64,000 bases of DNA from the NCBI GenBank assembly GCA_015059335.1, contig SVAP01000001.1, positions 130,413-194,412 on the forward strand. The letters run 5' to 3'. Position numbers and translations under genes: made by a program. The stretch is from Bacillota bacterium (GTDB lineage: Bacteria; Bacillota_I; Bacilli_A; RF39; UBA660). The notes beneath the pieces are model-generated. The model saw only the letters and a list, made by a program, of their open reading frames with translations, searched no databases and had not been told where the DNA came from. Below, one piece after another: positions 1 to 9,131 of this stretch. The stretch's first letter is position 1; every line of letters begins with the position of its first letter.

Positions 1-1
1 A

Positions 2-334
2 TTCTTAAAAAGAACGTCCAAAAGAATACGTAAATATAATGGTAGTCTATGGATAATAAGTCAAAATTTAATTGATTTCACATCAAAAGAAATCGAAAGA
101 CAGGGACAAGTAATTATTGATAATAGTGCTTATATTTTAATTATGGCACAGGGACAAAAAGAAATTGAAGCAGTAAAAAAGATGATGAACTTAAGTGAAT
201 ATGAAGTTCAATTTTTAACTACTGCATCCCAAGGTCAAGGATTATTTGTTATATCGCAAGATACAAGACTTCCTATACAAGTCCACTTGCGAGAAGAAGA
301 AAAGGAATTATTTGGTACTGCAGGAGGAAGATAA
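2..334 (+). CDS. C-terminal fragment of a VirB4-like conjugative transfer ATPase (5' end outside window)
   Basis: Frame 2 is open from the window edge to TAA 332-334 (..SLWIISQNLIDFTSKEIERQGQVIIDNSAYILIMAQGQKE..). The tail resembles Firmicute T4SS ATPase C-termini and abuts other transfer genes. Confidence 0.55.
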   Translation, partial: FLKRTSKRIRKYNGSLWIISQNLIDFTSKEIERQGQVIIDNSAYILIMAQGQKEIEAVKKMMNLSEYEVQFLTTASQGQGLFVISQDTRLPIQVHLREEEKELFGTAGGR

Positions 335-904
335 ATGGATGAACTATTAATAATTAAAAAGTTTTTTCCAATTATCATTCCTTTTGCTTCCTTATTATTT
401 ATTGTTTCATTAATCCTAATGATAAGTACATCATCTAGTGGTGATGCTACTATATTAGCAGGAACTTTATTTAGAAAACCATTCAATGATGATGTTAATT
501 ATTCTGTAACATCTTATTTTGGTAATCGTTTAGACCCTTTTGGTAGTGGTGAAATAACTAACCATTATGGAATTGATTTATCAGCACCTGAGGGTACAGA
601 TATAGTCGCAATTGGTGATGGAATCGTGTACCAAGTTGGAAACGATTCAGATGGACTTGGTAATTATGTTTATATCAAACATGACTATGGTGATATAATT
701 TTTTATAGTATTTATGGTCATATGTTAGATGATTCAATAGTTGTAAATGAAAATCAAAATATTAAATCTGGTGAAAAAATTGGATGTGTTGGGAACACAG
801 GTTCATCAACAGGAAACCATTTACATCTTGCTCTTACGAGCCCTATTTTAGAATTTAATGACAAATATTATGTTGACCCCTATTATGTAATAGAGGGATT
901 ATAA
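335..904 (+). CDS. M23 family metallopeptidase (peptidoglycan hydrolase of the transfer apparatus), N-terminal TM helix
   Basis: NHYGIDLSAPEGTDI and GNTGSSTGNHLHLAL motifs typical of M23/LytM; the ATG directly follows the upstream stop. Confidence 0.85.
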   Translation: MDELLIIKKFFPIIIPFASLLFIVSLILMISTSSSGDATILAGTLFRKPFNDDVNYSVTSYFGNRLDPFGSGEITNHYGIDLSAPEGTDIVAIGDGIVYQVGNDSDGLGNYVYIKHDYGDIIFYSIYGHMLDDSIVVNENQNIKSGEKIGCVGNTGSSTGNHLHLALTSPILEFNDKYYVDPYYVIEGL

Positions 905-919
905 TAAGGAGAATATAAA

Positions 920-1234
920 ATGGATAAAAGAAATATTTCAGAAAAAGATTTTATAATTTTTATAGATAGTGAAAAAGTTGCTTTCTATGTATATGATGTA
1001 TTAGTAAGAAGAAAAGTTGCTAAAGAGTATGTCGACATCATTGCTGATACCTATACAGAGATAATAAGAGATAACGAAAAGGATATGTTAGGAACCTTTG
1101 TTAAGGCATACGACATTTTAAAAACAGACTATAATGTTGATATGTTAGAGCTACCATTTAAAAATAATTATTTAAAAAATGAACTAAACGATGTACTTGT
1201 TTTCGGTATTAATAAAAATAATATTGGAATATAA
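920..1234 (+). CDS. hypothetical protein
   Basis: 104-aa ORF with AAGGAG SD upstream; no recognisable motif. Confidence 0.5.
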   Translation: MDKRNISEKDFIIFIDSEKVAFYVYDVLVRRKVAKEYVDIIADTYTEIIRDNEKDMLGTFVKAYDILKTDYNVDMLELPFKNNYLKNELNDVLVFGINKNNIGI

Positions 1235-1540
1235 AGGTACATTTTGGGCTTAAAAAACCTTTAAAACAGTCTGACTTCTGTCCGACTTTTTTTATTGTTT
1301 CCTTTATTTATGGGGGTTAAGATGTATGTCAAAAGTCAGTCATTTTTAGAAATGTATGACATTTTAAAATCTTACAATCCCTTTAATTTCGGGCTAACTC
1401 GCCACTGGCGATGTTGATTGTCAGCCACGTTTATCCTGCTAAAAAAGCACACACGACTAGGTACATAAAAAGTTAAATTTATTACTAAATATTTTAAAAA
1501 TTAAGGTACATTATTGTGTACTAAATTTGGAGGTGATTAA
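1235..1540 (+). promoter_or_regulatory. candidate oriT / relaxosome assembly region
   Basis: Non-coding region directly upstream of the mob genes. It has three direct AGGTACAT copies (1235, 1459, 1504), a 13-nt palindrome TCGCCACTGGCGA (1399-1411) and ATGTATG(T/A)CA repeats. Confidence 0.35.
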
Positions 1541-1717
1541 TTGAATAATGAATCAGGAATTATTAAAGCAAAAATTGATGGTAACTTATATGATGTTCTA
1601 AAACTACTTTTAACTAAATTAAATATGACTCAACAAGAGTTAATAGAATCAAAAGTTAAAGAGTTTGTTATTGAGAACATTCAATTAGTAGTTGGAACTA
1701 AAAGTGATAAGAAATGA
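1541..1717 (+). CDS. small hypothetical protein (possible relaxosome accessory factor), TTG start
   Basis: TTG 6 nt after GGAGGTG. The 58-codon ORF has its stop overlapping the ATG of the next gene (ATGA). It is not in the ORF track because it is shorter than the cutoff. Confidence 0.4.
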   Translation: MNNESGIIKAKIDGNLYDVLKLLLTKLNMTQQELIESKVKEFVIENIQLVVGTKSDKK

Positions 1718-2136
1718 AAACAGAACGTATATCAGTTCGTGTAAGTGAAGATGAAAAAAAAGAAATAAGTATTAATGCTGAAAAATCAAATATGAATACA
1801 TCAGAGTATATTTATAATGCTGTTATGGATAAGTTGCAACTTGATAAACTTTGTGATAGTCAGGGACAATTTTTAAATTTATTTGATACATCATTTAAAA
1901 GAAGTTATGACCCATATCAAAAACATTTATTAGTAATTTTAAATCGTATTGAGTTCAATACTAGGTGGATAATAAAACAACAAGATATATTTATGCAACA
2001 TATTAAAGTTCCACAAACAAAAGATGATTTAAATGTTTCTTTCTTAAATCATCCTATTACTGATATAGCTCAAGAGTTGGTACTTAAAGATATTAGAACA
2101 ATGTCATCTAAAAAGAAAGAATTAGAAAATGAGTAG
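1714..2136 (+). CDS. MobC-like ribbon-helix-helix mobilisation accessory protein
   Basis: N-terminus ERISVRVSEDEKKEISINAEKSNMNTSEYIYNAV fits the RHH/MobC pattern; it overlaps the relaxase start. Confidence 0.6.
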   Translation: MKTERISVRVSEDEKKEISINAEKSNMNTSEYIYNAVMDKLQLDKLCDSQGQFLNLFDTSFKRSYDPYQKHLLVILNRIEFNTRWIIKQQDIFMQHIKVPQTKDDLNVSFLNHPITDIAQELVLKDIRTMSSKKKELENE

Positions 2137-3568
2137 TAGCAATATTATCGTAAGAACTAGATACAAGCATTCATTAGAAACAAGCAAACATCTTACTAAA
2201 TGGTCTGATTATGTTTCTAAAAAAGAAAAAGCAGATGCCACTAGTCTTGATGATAAAAACATAATGAACGAATATTTTTCTCTTGCTGATAAGGACTCAT
2301 TTTTATTTGAAAAATGTGAGTCTTTTGTTTGGAATCGAGATGGCGACATAAATCCTAGAGAATATTTAAAAAAATATAAAATTGATGATACAGGTTTCAC
2401 TTGGAACTTGGTTATCTCTTTCCCACCTGACTTTGCTATCAATAATGGTCTTATAACTAAATCAGATTATTATGATTTAACAAAACATATAATGCCATCT
2501 TTAATAACTGACATGGGACTTAAATTAGATAATACTATTTGGTTATCAAGTTTACATCGTAATACTGATAATCCACATTTACATATCTGTTTAGTAGAAA
2601 AAAATAAAACAGCAACTAAAGGTTTCATACCTAAATTTGCTGTTAAAAATTTAAAAAGTAATATTGGTAATTACTTAATAGATAATACAGATTTTTATAA
2701 ATTAAGGGACAATGAATTTTCCACTATCACTGATGGGATATCATTAAAAGAATTAACAAAAGTTAAAGGTCAAAAATTATATAGTGACAAGTTTAGAAAG
2801 ACATTGAATCAACAGCTATTATCCTTTTATGATACCCTACCAAAAATAGGTAGACTTCAATATAATTCAAAAAATATGAAACCATATAAACAAGAATTAG
2901 ATAATATTATACATTATATATTAAGTCATGATTCAGTTAAGTATAACTATGCTAACTATTTAAGGTTGTTAGAAGAACATCAAAAAGAACTTAATGTTCT
3001 TTATGGTATTTCATCTGATAATAAAAAAAGAAAATATTATAATGAACAATTAAATCGTTTATATTCTAAAATTGGTAATGAGATTTTATCTAATTATAAA
3101 GTTTATCAAGCTATGGATTTAATGACTAGAGAAAAATCCTTTTTATCAAAACATATTAAAGAATTAAAATTTAAAAGTCGTAGTGATTATTCTAAAGAAG
3201 AAACAAAAATTAAAATTGGTAAAGACTTATATAAATTATGTATGATGGCAGACTTAAATAATTATGAAATTAAAAAAGTATTTGAAAAATGGATTAAAAA
3301 TTCTAATTATGATTTTAATGTTGATGATCTTATCAGGTCTGCTACTGTTCTTGATTATGAGATGAGTTCTAATGATTTTTATTCTGCTTTAAGAAAACTT
3401 GGCTATAACTATGAAAGGTATAGTAAATTTAAAAATAAATTTTTCTATAAAGAATTAAATTATAAAATGTTTATTAATCAAGCAGTTAATCATTTAATGT
3501 ATGAACTTGAGGCAGAAGAAAAACAAATAATTACTGATATGCAATATGAATTGGAGGAATTTAGATAA
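2129..3568 (+). CDS. conjugative relaxase / mobilisation nuclease
   Basis: HRNTDNPHLHICL histidine-triad motif of MOB relaxases, a long helical C-terminal region, and position after a MobC-like gene. Confidence 0.7.
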   Translation: MSSSNIIVRTRYKHSLETSKHLTKWSDYVSKKEKADATSLDDKNIMNEYFSLADKDSFLFEKCESFVWNRDGDINPREYLKKYKIDDTGFTWNLVISFPPDFAINNGLITKSDYYDLTKHIMPSLITDMGLKLDNTIWLSSLHRNTDNPHLHICLVEKNKTATKGFIPKFAVKNLKSNIGNYLIDNTDFYKLRDNEFSTITDGISLKELTKVKGQKLYSDKFRKTLNQQLLSFYDTLPKIGRLQYNSKNMKPYKQELDNIIHYILSHDSVKYNYANYLRLLEEHQKELNVLYGISSDNKKRKYYNEQLNRLYSKIGNEILSNYKVYQAMDLMTREKSFLSKHIKELKFKSRSDYSKEETKIKIGKDLYKLCMMADLNNYEIKKVFEKWIKNSNYDFNVDDLIRSATVLDYEMSSNDFYSALRKLGYNYERYSKFKNKFFYKELNYKMFINQAVNHLMYELEAEEKQIITDMQYELEEFR

Positions 3569-4161
3569 TGTATGTTATAGATATAACAAGAAGTGATAAT
3601 TATTCAGTTGAAAATGACTTAATGTTTGGAAAAAGAAGTAGTGATACTAAAGAAAAAATTATTAATTATATTCATAATTATGCTATTGCAAATTGTGATG
3701 GATTGCATTTGGATAAAGACATATTAGATGAACAAGTTAATATAGAATTATTCTCTTTAAGAGATTACTTATTACAAGAAAATAATATTTGTATCGATAA
3801 GGATTTAATTATTCAGTCTATACCAACAACTCCAGAAAAATGTTTAATAGTAAAATGTTTTAATAATGAGTATGATAAAGTTCCTGCTATATATTTGTTT
3901 CATAATAATCAAAAAAATAGAGCTAGTGGATTAATGGCATATTTTATTAATGACTCTTTAATTACTACTTTAAATAATGAAAACAAATTAGAAGAATACG
4001 AAAAAAATAAAAAAGATATATTTCATTTTAAAGATGTTTCATATTCTTATGGTTGTCAAAACTTTAATATGTACAATGGAGGTTTGTTTTTAGAAGAATT
4101 ATTAAATAATTCAGTATCGTATAATGAACTTAAAGAAGAAAAAAAGAATATTAATTTTTAA
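3568..4161 (+). CDS. hypothetical protein
   Basis: 197-aa ORF start-overlapping the relaxase stop (TAATG); no motif recognised. Confidence 0.5.
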   Translation: MYVIDITRSDNYSVENDLMFGKRSSDTKEKIINYIHNYAIANCDGLHLDKDILDEQVNIELFSLRDYLLQENNICIDKDLIIQSIPTTPEKCLIVKCFNNEYDKVPAIYLFHNNQKNRASGLMAYFINDSLITTLNNENKLEEYEKNKKDIFHFKDVSYSYGCQNFNMYNGGLFLEELLNNSVSYNELKEEKKNINF

Positions 4162-4224
4162 TGATATTATGATACAATATAACTAACAAATAAATAGTAA
4201 TTTGTTAAAAATGGATGTGAGTAT

Positions 4225-4890
4225 ATGAGTAATAATAAATCAAAGTTTAATCCAAGCGAAGAAGAATTAGAAATTCAAAAAAAGGAATTACTAATTGAAA
4301 TGAATAAACTTGATAATGAAATGAGAAAAAATAAACGAAAAAAAATCATAATTATTATGACTATTATATTAATAATTATTTCAGTAATTAAAATATTTTT
4401 TGGTACTATTGAATTATATAATATATTTGGTGCTTCTAAATCAAATGCTAGATACTACAAAGTAACAGTAAATGATAAACACGTTGCTGTATCATACATA
4501 GCAACACATACAATACCTATAATACCTTTTTTAGTTAATTTTAATAGCGTATATTTAGGTAATAGTAATATTGCAGGAGATGACACAGTTGCTTTTTATA
4601 GTGATGGTTCTGATAAATATATAATAGATGTTGACTCATATAGTTGTTATTATGAAAACATTAAAGCAGAATGTACCAATAATAAACAAACAATGAAAAA
4701 AAATGATGATACTAAATATACTAAAGTTAAAATAACTAGAATTACAAATCCACATGAAGTGGTTTATGAAGGAAAATATATCAATAACATTGCTCCTTAT
4801 ATAACAAAAAAAGGACAGTATCATGTTGAAATAACTGCAAGATATGGATTAACTAAATCTGAAATATATTTTTATTTTGAAAACAAATAA
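4225..4890 (+). CDS. hypothetical single-pass membrane protein
   Basis: Charged coiled N-terminus, one TM helix (IIIIMTIILIIISVIKIFFG), then an extracytoplasmic domain. Confidence 0.5.
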   Translation: MSNNKSKFNPSEEELEIQKKELLIEMNKLDNEMRKNKRKKIIIIMTIILIIISVIKIFFGTIELYNIFGASKSNARYYKVTVNDKHVAVSYIATHTIPIIPFLVNFNSVYLGNSNIAGDDTVAFYSDGSDKYIIDVDSYSCYYENIKAECTNNKQTMKKNDDTKYTKVKITRITNPHEVVYEGKYINNIAPYITKKGQYHVEITARYGLTKSEIYFYFENK

Positions 4891-4984
4891 AGATAAAATT
4901 ATAATTTATTAAGCAGGTCTATAATAAGATTTGCTTTTTTTATGTTAAAATAGGACTAGAATAATTTAATTTATAAATCAACAT

Positions 4985-5022
4985 CTAAACCACAGGTAGA
5001 AATATACAACTAAACCACAGGT
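4985..5022 (+). repeat. two direct 13-bp repeats CTAAACCACAGGT (candidate operator)
   Basis: Exact copies at 4985-4997 and 5010-5022, just upstream of the XRE-family gene. Confidence 0.6.
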
Positions 5023-5077
5023 CGGTTTACTATTCACTTTTTTAAGTATAAAATTATAGGTGTAAGGAGGGAAAAAT

Positions 5078-5959
5078 ATGGATCCAAGAAAAACAGGTAT
5101 AATAATTTCAGATGCTAGAAAAAAATTAAATATGACACAAAAAGATTTAGCAGATAAATTATATGTATCAGATAAAGCAGTAAGCAAATGGGAGCGTGGT
5201 TTATGTTTTCCTGATATATCTGTTTTAATACCACTTACAGAAATTTTAAATATTAGTTTATATGATTTGTTAAGAGGTGAAAAAGTGAATAAGAAAGAAG
5301 TTGAAGAAACATTAAAAGATACTATTAATTATTCTAATAGTGAAATCAAAAGAAAAAAGAAAAAGTACATAATAATAAGTTCTATTATCATTGTATTTAT
5401 AGTATTAACTAGTATAATATCATTAATATTTATCAATGAAAATAAAGATATTGGTGCCATTGTAGATAGAGATACCATATATGATATTAGTTATTATAGT
5501 GATTATAAAACTACTATTGAAAATACTAATGGTGAAAAATTAGAATTAATTGTTATGAAGTTACCGTTAAAATGGAAAGAAAGAACATTTGAATTTGATA
5601 ATAATATTATGAAAATCAATTATGGTGTTTCATATAAAAATGCTGTTAAAGCATATAATGATGAAAATTATGTAAAAGAAGCAATGATTAATATTGCATC
5701 AGTAATTTTTACTACAGTTTCAGATGTTAATTCAGTAGAAATTAGATATACTGATTATAGATATTCTATTTCTAAAGAAAAATTGCAAGAAGTATATAAT
5801 ATTTCTAATTTTGATGAAGTGATTGAAAAAGATAATTGGAACAAATTAGTATCAAGTAAATTGATAAGTGATGAATTTGTAAATGATACTTTTAAATTAT
5901 TTACGAAGAGTAAAGTTTCAAAAAAAGAGTTAGAGAAAAAACCAATAGCAGATAGATAA
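5078..5959 (+). CDS. membrane-anchored XRE-family helix-turn-helix regulator
   Basis: MTQKDLADKLYVSDKAVSKWERG HTH, followed by a TM helix and an extracytoplasmic domain. Confidence 0.75.
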   Translation: MDPRKTGIIISDARKKLNMTQKDLADKLYVSDKAVSKWERGLCFPDISVLIPLTEILNISLYDLLRGEKVNKKEVEETLKDTINYSNSEIKRKKKKYIIISSIIIVFIVLTSIISLIFINENKDIGAIVDRDTIYDISYYSDYKTTIENTNGEKLELIVMKLPLKWKERTFEFDNNIMKINYGVSYKNAVKAYNDENYVKEAMINIASVIFTTVSDVNSVEIRYTDYRYSISKEKLQEVYNISNFDEVIEKDNWNKLVSSKLISDEFVNDTFKLFTKSKVSKKELEKKPIADR

Positions 5960-6624
5960 TGAAAAAAAGAAAGATAAAGAGAAAAGTTAAAATATTATTA
6001 ATTGTTATATTTATTACATTTTTAATTATCTGTTTAACAAACTCAAATAATAAAGGTCAAGTTATAGAAGTTGAGCAGATAAATAAATATAAATATATTC
6101 TTGTTAATAAGGAAAACAAATTGAATAAAGATTTTAAACCTAACAATCTAGTTGAAGTAAAAAAATGTTCTGAGGGTAATTTTTATTTGGAAGAAGAAAC
6201 TGCAGAAGCTTATCAACAAATGTGTTTAAATTCAATTAAAGCAGGTTTAAATATTAGGATATCATCAGCATATAGAAGTTATAAGGAACAAATAAAATTG
6301 TACAATGAATACTTAAAGTTATATGGCAAAGATTATGTTGATAAATATGTAGCAGTTGCTGGATATTCAGAACATCAGACAGGTCTTGCTATAGATTTAA
6401 AATCATTAGATTATGAAAATTTTAAAAATTCAAAAGAATACTTATGGATTAAAGAAAACTCGCATAATTATGGTTTTATTATAAGATATCCAGATGGCAA
6501 AGAAAAAATAACAGGATATAGTGCTGAAGAATGGCATATAAGATATGTTGGTAAAGAAGTAGCAAAATATATTTATGAAAATGATATAACTTTTGAAGAA
6601 TATTATAATTTGTTTTTAAAATAA
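5959..6624 (+). CDS. VanY-like M15 D-alanyl-D-alanine carboxypeptidase
   Basis: SAYRSYKEQ, EHQTGLAID and EEWHIRYVG motifs; N-terminal TM anchor. Confidence 0.8.
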   Translation: MKKRKIKRKVKILLIVIFITFLIICLTNSNNKGQVIEVEQINKYKYILVNKENKLNKDFKPNNLVEVKKCSEGNFYLEEETAEAYQQMCLNSIKAGLNIRISSAYRSYKEQIKLYNEYLKLYGKDYVDKYVAVAGYSEHQTGLAIDLKSLDYENFKNSKEYLWIKENSHNYGFIIRYPDGKEKITGYSAEEWHIRYVGKEVAKYIYENDITFEEYYNLFLK

Positions 6625-6640
6625 TGAATTTCAATTTATT

Positions 6641-6668
6641 AAGCAAATCATTTTATTGATTTGCTTTT
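6641..6668 (+). terminator. intrinsic terminator
   Basis: AAGCAAATCA / TGATTTGCTT stem followed by a T-run. Confidence 0.6.
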
Positions 6669-6724
6669 GTTATGGTATAATATACTTGACAAATATCTTT
6701 ATGTTTTGTTGGTTGGAGGAATAT

Positions 6725-7144
6725 ATGAAAAAAGGAACAATTATAATATTAACTATTATTACATTAGTTTTAACATTTATATTTGCAGAGATATTTAGTA
6801 TTTATCATTTCGGTAGTGTACCAACATTATTAACATCCTTATATTTAATATCTATATTTGCTATATTTGAGGACTTGACAATTTCTATAACTTATATTGT
6901 TAGAAAACTGATAAAAAAAGAAAAATTAGAGATTAAAAAGATTATAGGATTAATATTATTATTTGTAGCATTACTATTGGTATTATTATTTTTAGTAGTT
7001 GTACATGTTGATTATTTACATTGGTATATGTATTCTAGTCCATTTTATTTAAATGTAATAGCTAGAAGTATTGAGTTTTTATTACCATCAATAGTACTTA
7101 TAGTAATCGGTATTTTGTTAATGAAAAATAAAAAGAAAAAGTAA
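6725..7144 (+). CDS. hypothetical polytopic membrane protein
   Basis: ATG 6725 lies behind GGAGGA. The ORF-track start 6656 lies inside the terminator/promoter and is unlikely. Four hydrophobic helices. Confidence 0.5.
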   Translation: MKKGTIIILTIITLVLTFIFAEIFSIYHFGSVPTLLTSLYLISIFAIFEDLTISITYIVRKLIKKEKLEIKKIIGLILLFVALLLVLLFLVVVHVDYLHWYMYSSPFYLNVIARSIEFLLPSIVLIVIGILLMKNKKKK

Positions 7145-7181
7145 TTCAAATTACAATTTATCAATTAGATTAACATTATAA

Positions 7182-8987
7182 ATGTTAGTCTTTTTTATTG
7201 GAGGGATGTTAATTAAAAAAACATTTAATTACATATTAATTTCTATTTGTGCTTTTTTATTTTCTTGTAATGTTTGTTATAACTTAACTACTATTATCAA
7301 AAATAACATTAAACTTTCTTGGGATATAAGTATTTTCTATTCATTACTTCAATTAAAAGATTTAAGTTTATTATTTGGTACAATTCTTTTAACAACTATA
7401 ATAATGTTATTTGTTCTAAAATATGATAAAGAATTAAAATTAAAGTTTCAAAAATTAAAAAAGATGCCTGAAGAGGATGGTAGTTTTGAATATGGTAGTT
7501 CTCGTTGGGCTACTAAAAAAGAAATCAAAGATAACTTTAAAGTTTGGAATATTGGCTCTACCCTAAAAAGTGGTGGTATTCCTGTCACTAAAATGGATGG
7601 TAAGTTTTATTATTCAGATTCTTTTGATCATACTTTAATCATCGGTTCAACTGGTAGTGGTAAAACTATCTGTGAAATAATGCCTTTAATATTTAATCTA
7701 GGATATGCAGGTGAATCGATGGTTATTAATGATGTTAAAGGTGAATTATATGCTCATACATCAGATTTTTTAAAAAAGAAAAATTATAAAATTAGAGTTA
7801 TTAATTTAAGAGATGCTCTTTCATCTGATGGTTGGAATCCACTTCATCTTGCCTATAAATATTATAAAGAAGATAATATTGACCTCGCAGGCGATATTAT
7901 AGAAAACTTTTCTAAATCATTAACAAAAAATCTTTCTAGTAAAGATATGTATTGGGAAAAGTCTGCTAATTCAGTTCTAACTGCTTTGTGTTATGCAATT
8001 ATTGAGGATGCACCTAAAGAAGAACAAGCTCACTTGTTTTCTATCTATAATATGTTAGTAGAACATGGAGCAAAGATGATTGATAGATTTAACTCTTTAG
8101 ATTTATATTTTCAACAAAAACCTTTTGGTAATCTTGCCAAGATGAGTTATGCTACAGGTTCTTTTGCTAAAGGTGAAACACGTGCTACTCTGTTTTCAGT
8201 ACTTGCTACTGTTATCAAAATCTTTTCTGATACAGGTATTGCAAATCTTACAAGTAGAACTGATTTTGAATTAGATGATATAGGAAAAGAAAAAACTGCA
8301 GTATTTTTAATCATACCTGATGAAAAGGAATCAAGACACGAACTTGCAAGTTTATTTATCGACCAATGTTATCAAGCTCTAGTTAATTCAGCTCAAACAT
8401 TGCCTAGTGGTAAGATGCCTATTAGAGTCAATTTTATATTAGATGAATTTGCTAATATGCCACCCATTACATCTATATCAAATAAAATTACAGTATCTCG
8501 TTCTCGTAATATAAGGTTTTACTTAGTAGTTCAAGACTTTGACCAATTAAAAGAAAAATACAAAGAGTCTGCAGGTACTATTAAATCAAATGCTACCCAA
8601 TGGATTTATCTCTTAACTTCAGATAATGAGTCTGCCAAAGAAATAAGTGCTAGACTTGGTAAGTATACTATCTCAAGTGAGAGAGTTTCTACTTCAAGTA
8701 GATTAGAACAATTAGATTATAATATTTCAAATGATAAGTCTCTTATGGGTAGAGAGTTATTAATGCCCGATGAATTAATGAGATTTAAATTTGGTGAGGC
8801 AATATTTATGGGAACAAGACTACACCCTATTAAAGCTCATATTATACCTATCGCTAAATATCCGATAAAATATAAAATTGTAAATTTACCAAGCACTCCT
8901 AAAGAATATAAAATTGAGTGTTTTAATTTGGACGAATTTAGAAAATATAGGAATGCAAATAATAAGAATATGATTGAATTAGAATAA
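7182..8987 (+). CDS. type IV secretion coupling protein (VirD4/TraG family)
   Basis: N-terminal TM helices, Walker A GSTGSGKT, DEFANMP and VVQDFDQL motifs. The exact start is uncertain. Confidence 0.85.
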   Translation: MLVFFIGGMLIKKTFNYILISICAFLFSCNVCYNLTTIIKNNIKLSWDISIFYSLLQLKDLSLLFGTILLTTIIMLFVLKYDKELKLKFQKLKKMPEEDGSFEYGSSRWATKKEIKDNFKVWNIGSTLKSGGIPVTKMDGKFYYSDSFDHTLIIGSTGSGKTICEIMPLIFNLGYAGESMVINDVKGELYAHTSDFLKKKNYKIRVINLRDALSSDGWNPLHLAYKYYKEDNIDLAGDIIENFSKSLTKNLSSKDMYWEKSANSVLTALCYAIIEDAPKEEQAHLFSIYNMLVEHGAKMIDRFNSLDLYFQQKPFGNLAKMSYATGSFAKGETRATLFSVLATVIKIFSDTGIANLTSRTDFELDDIGKEKTAVFLIIPDEKESRHELASLFIDQCYQALVNSAQTLPSGKMPIRVNFILDEFANMPPITSISNKITVSRSRNIRFYLVVQDFDQLKEKYKESAGTIKSNATQWIYLLTSDNESAKEISARLGKYTISSERVSTSSRLEQLDYNISNDKSLMGRELLMPDELMRFKFGEAIFMGTRLHPIKAHIIPIAKYPIKYKIVNLPSTPKEYKIECFNLDEFRKYRNANNKNMIELE

Positions 8988-9074
8988 TGTTAAATAGATT
9001 AAGGAGGAATTAAATGTTTAAAAAAATATGATATTACGCATATTAATAATGTGAATCTATTTGCATCAAATATA

Positions 9075-9130
9075 TTGTTAATTGCATCATTTTATGATAT
9101 AATGGTGCAAATGAAAGGGGAATGATGCAA
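9075..9130 (+). promoter_or_regulatory. fic promoter (TTGTTA-17-TATAAT) with TTGCATCA operator-like repeats
   Basis: -35 at 9075-9080, -10 at 9098-9103. TTGCATCA occurs at 9061 and 9083, with inverted TGATGCAA at 9123. Confidence 0.45.
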
Positions 9131-9131
9131 T

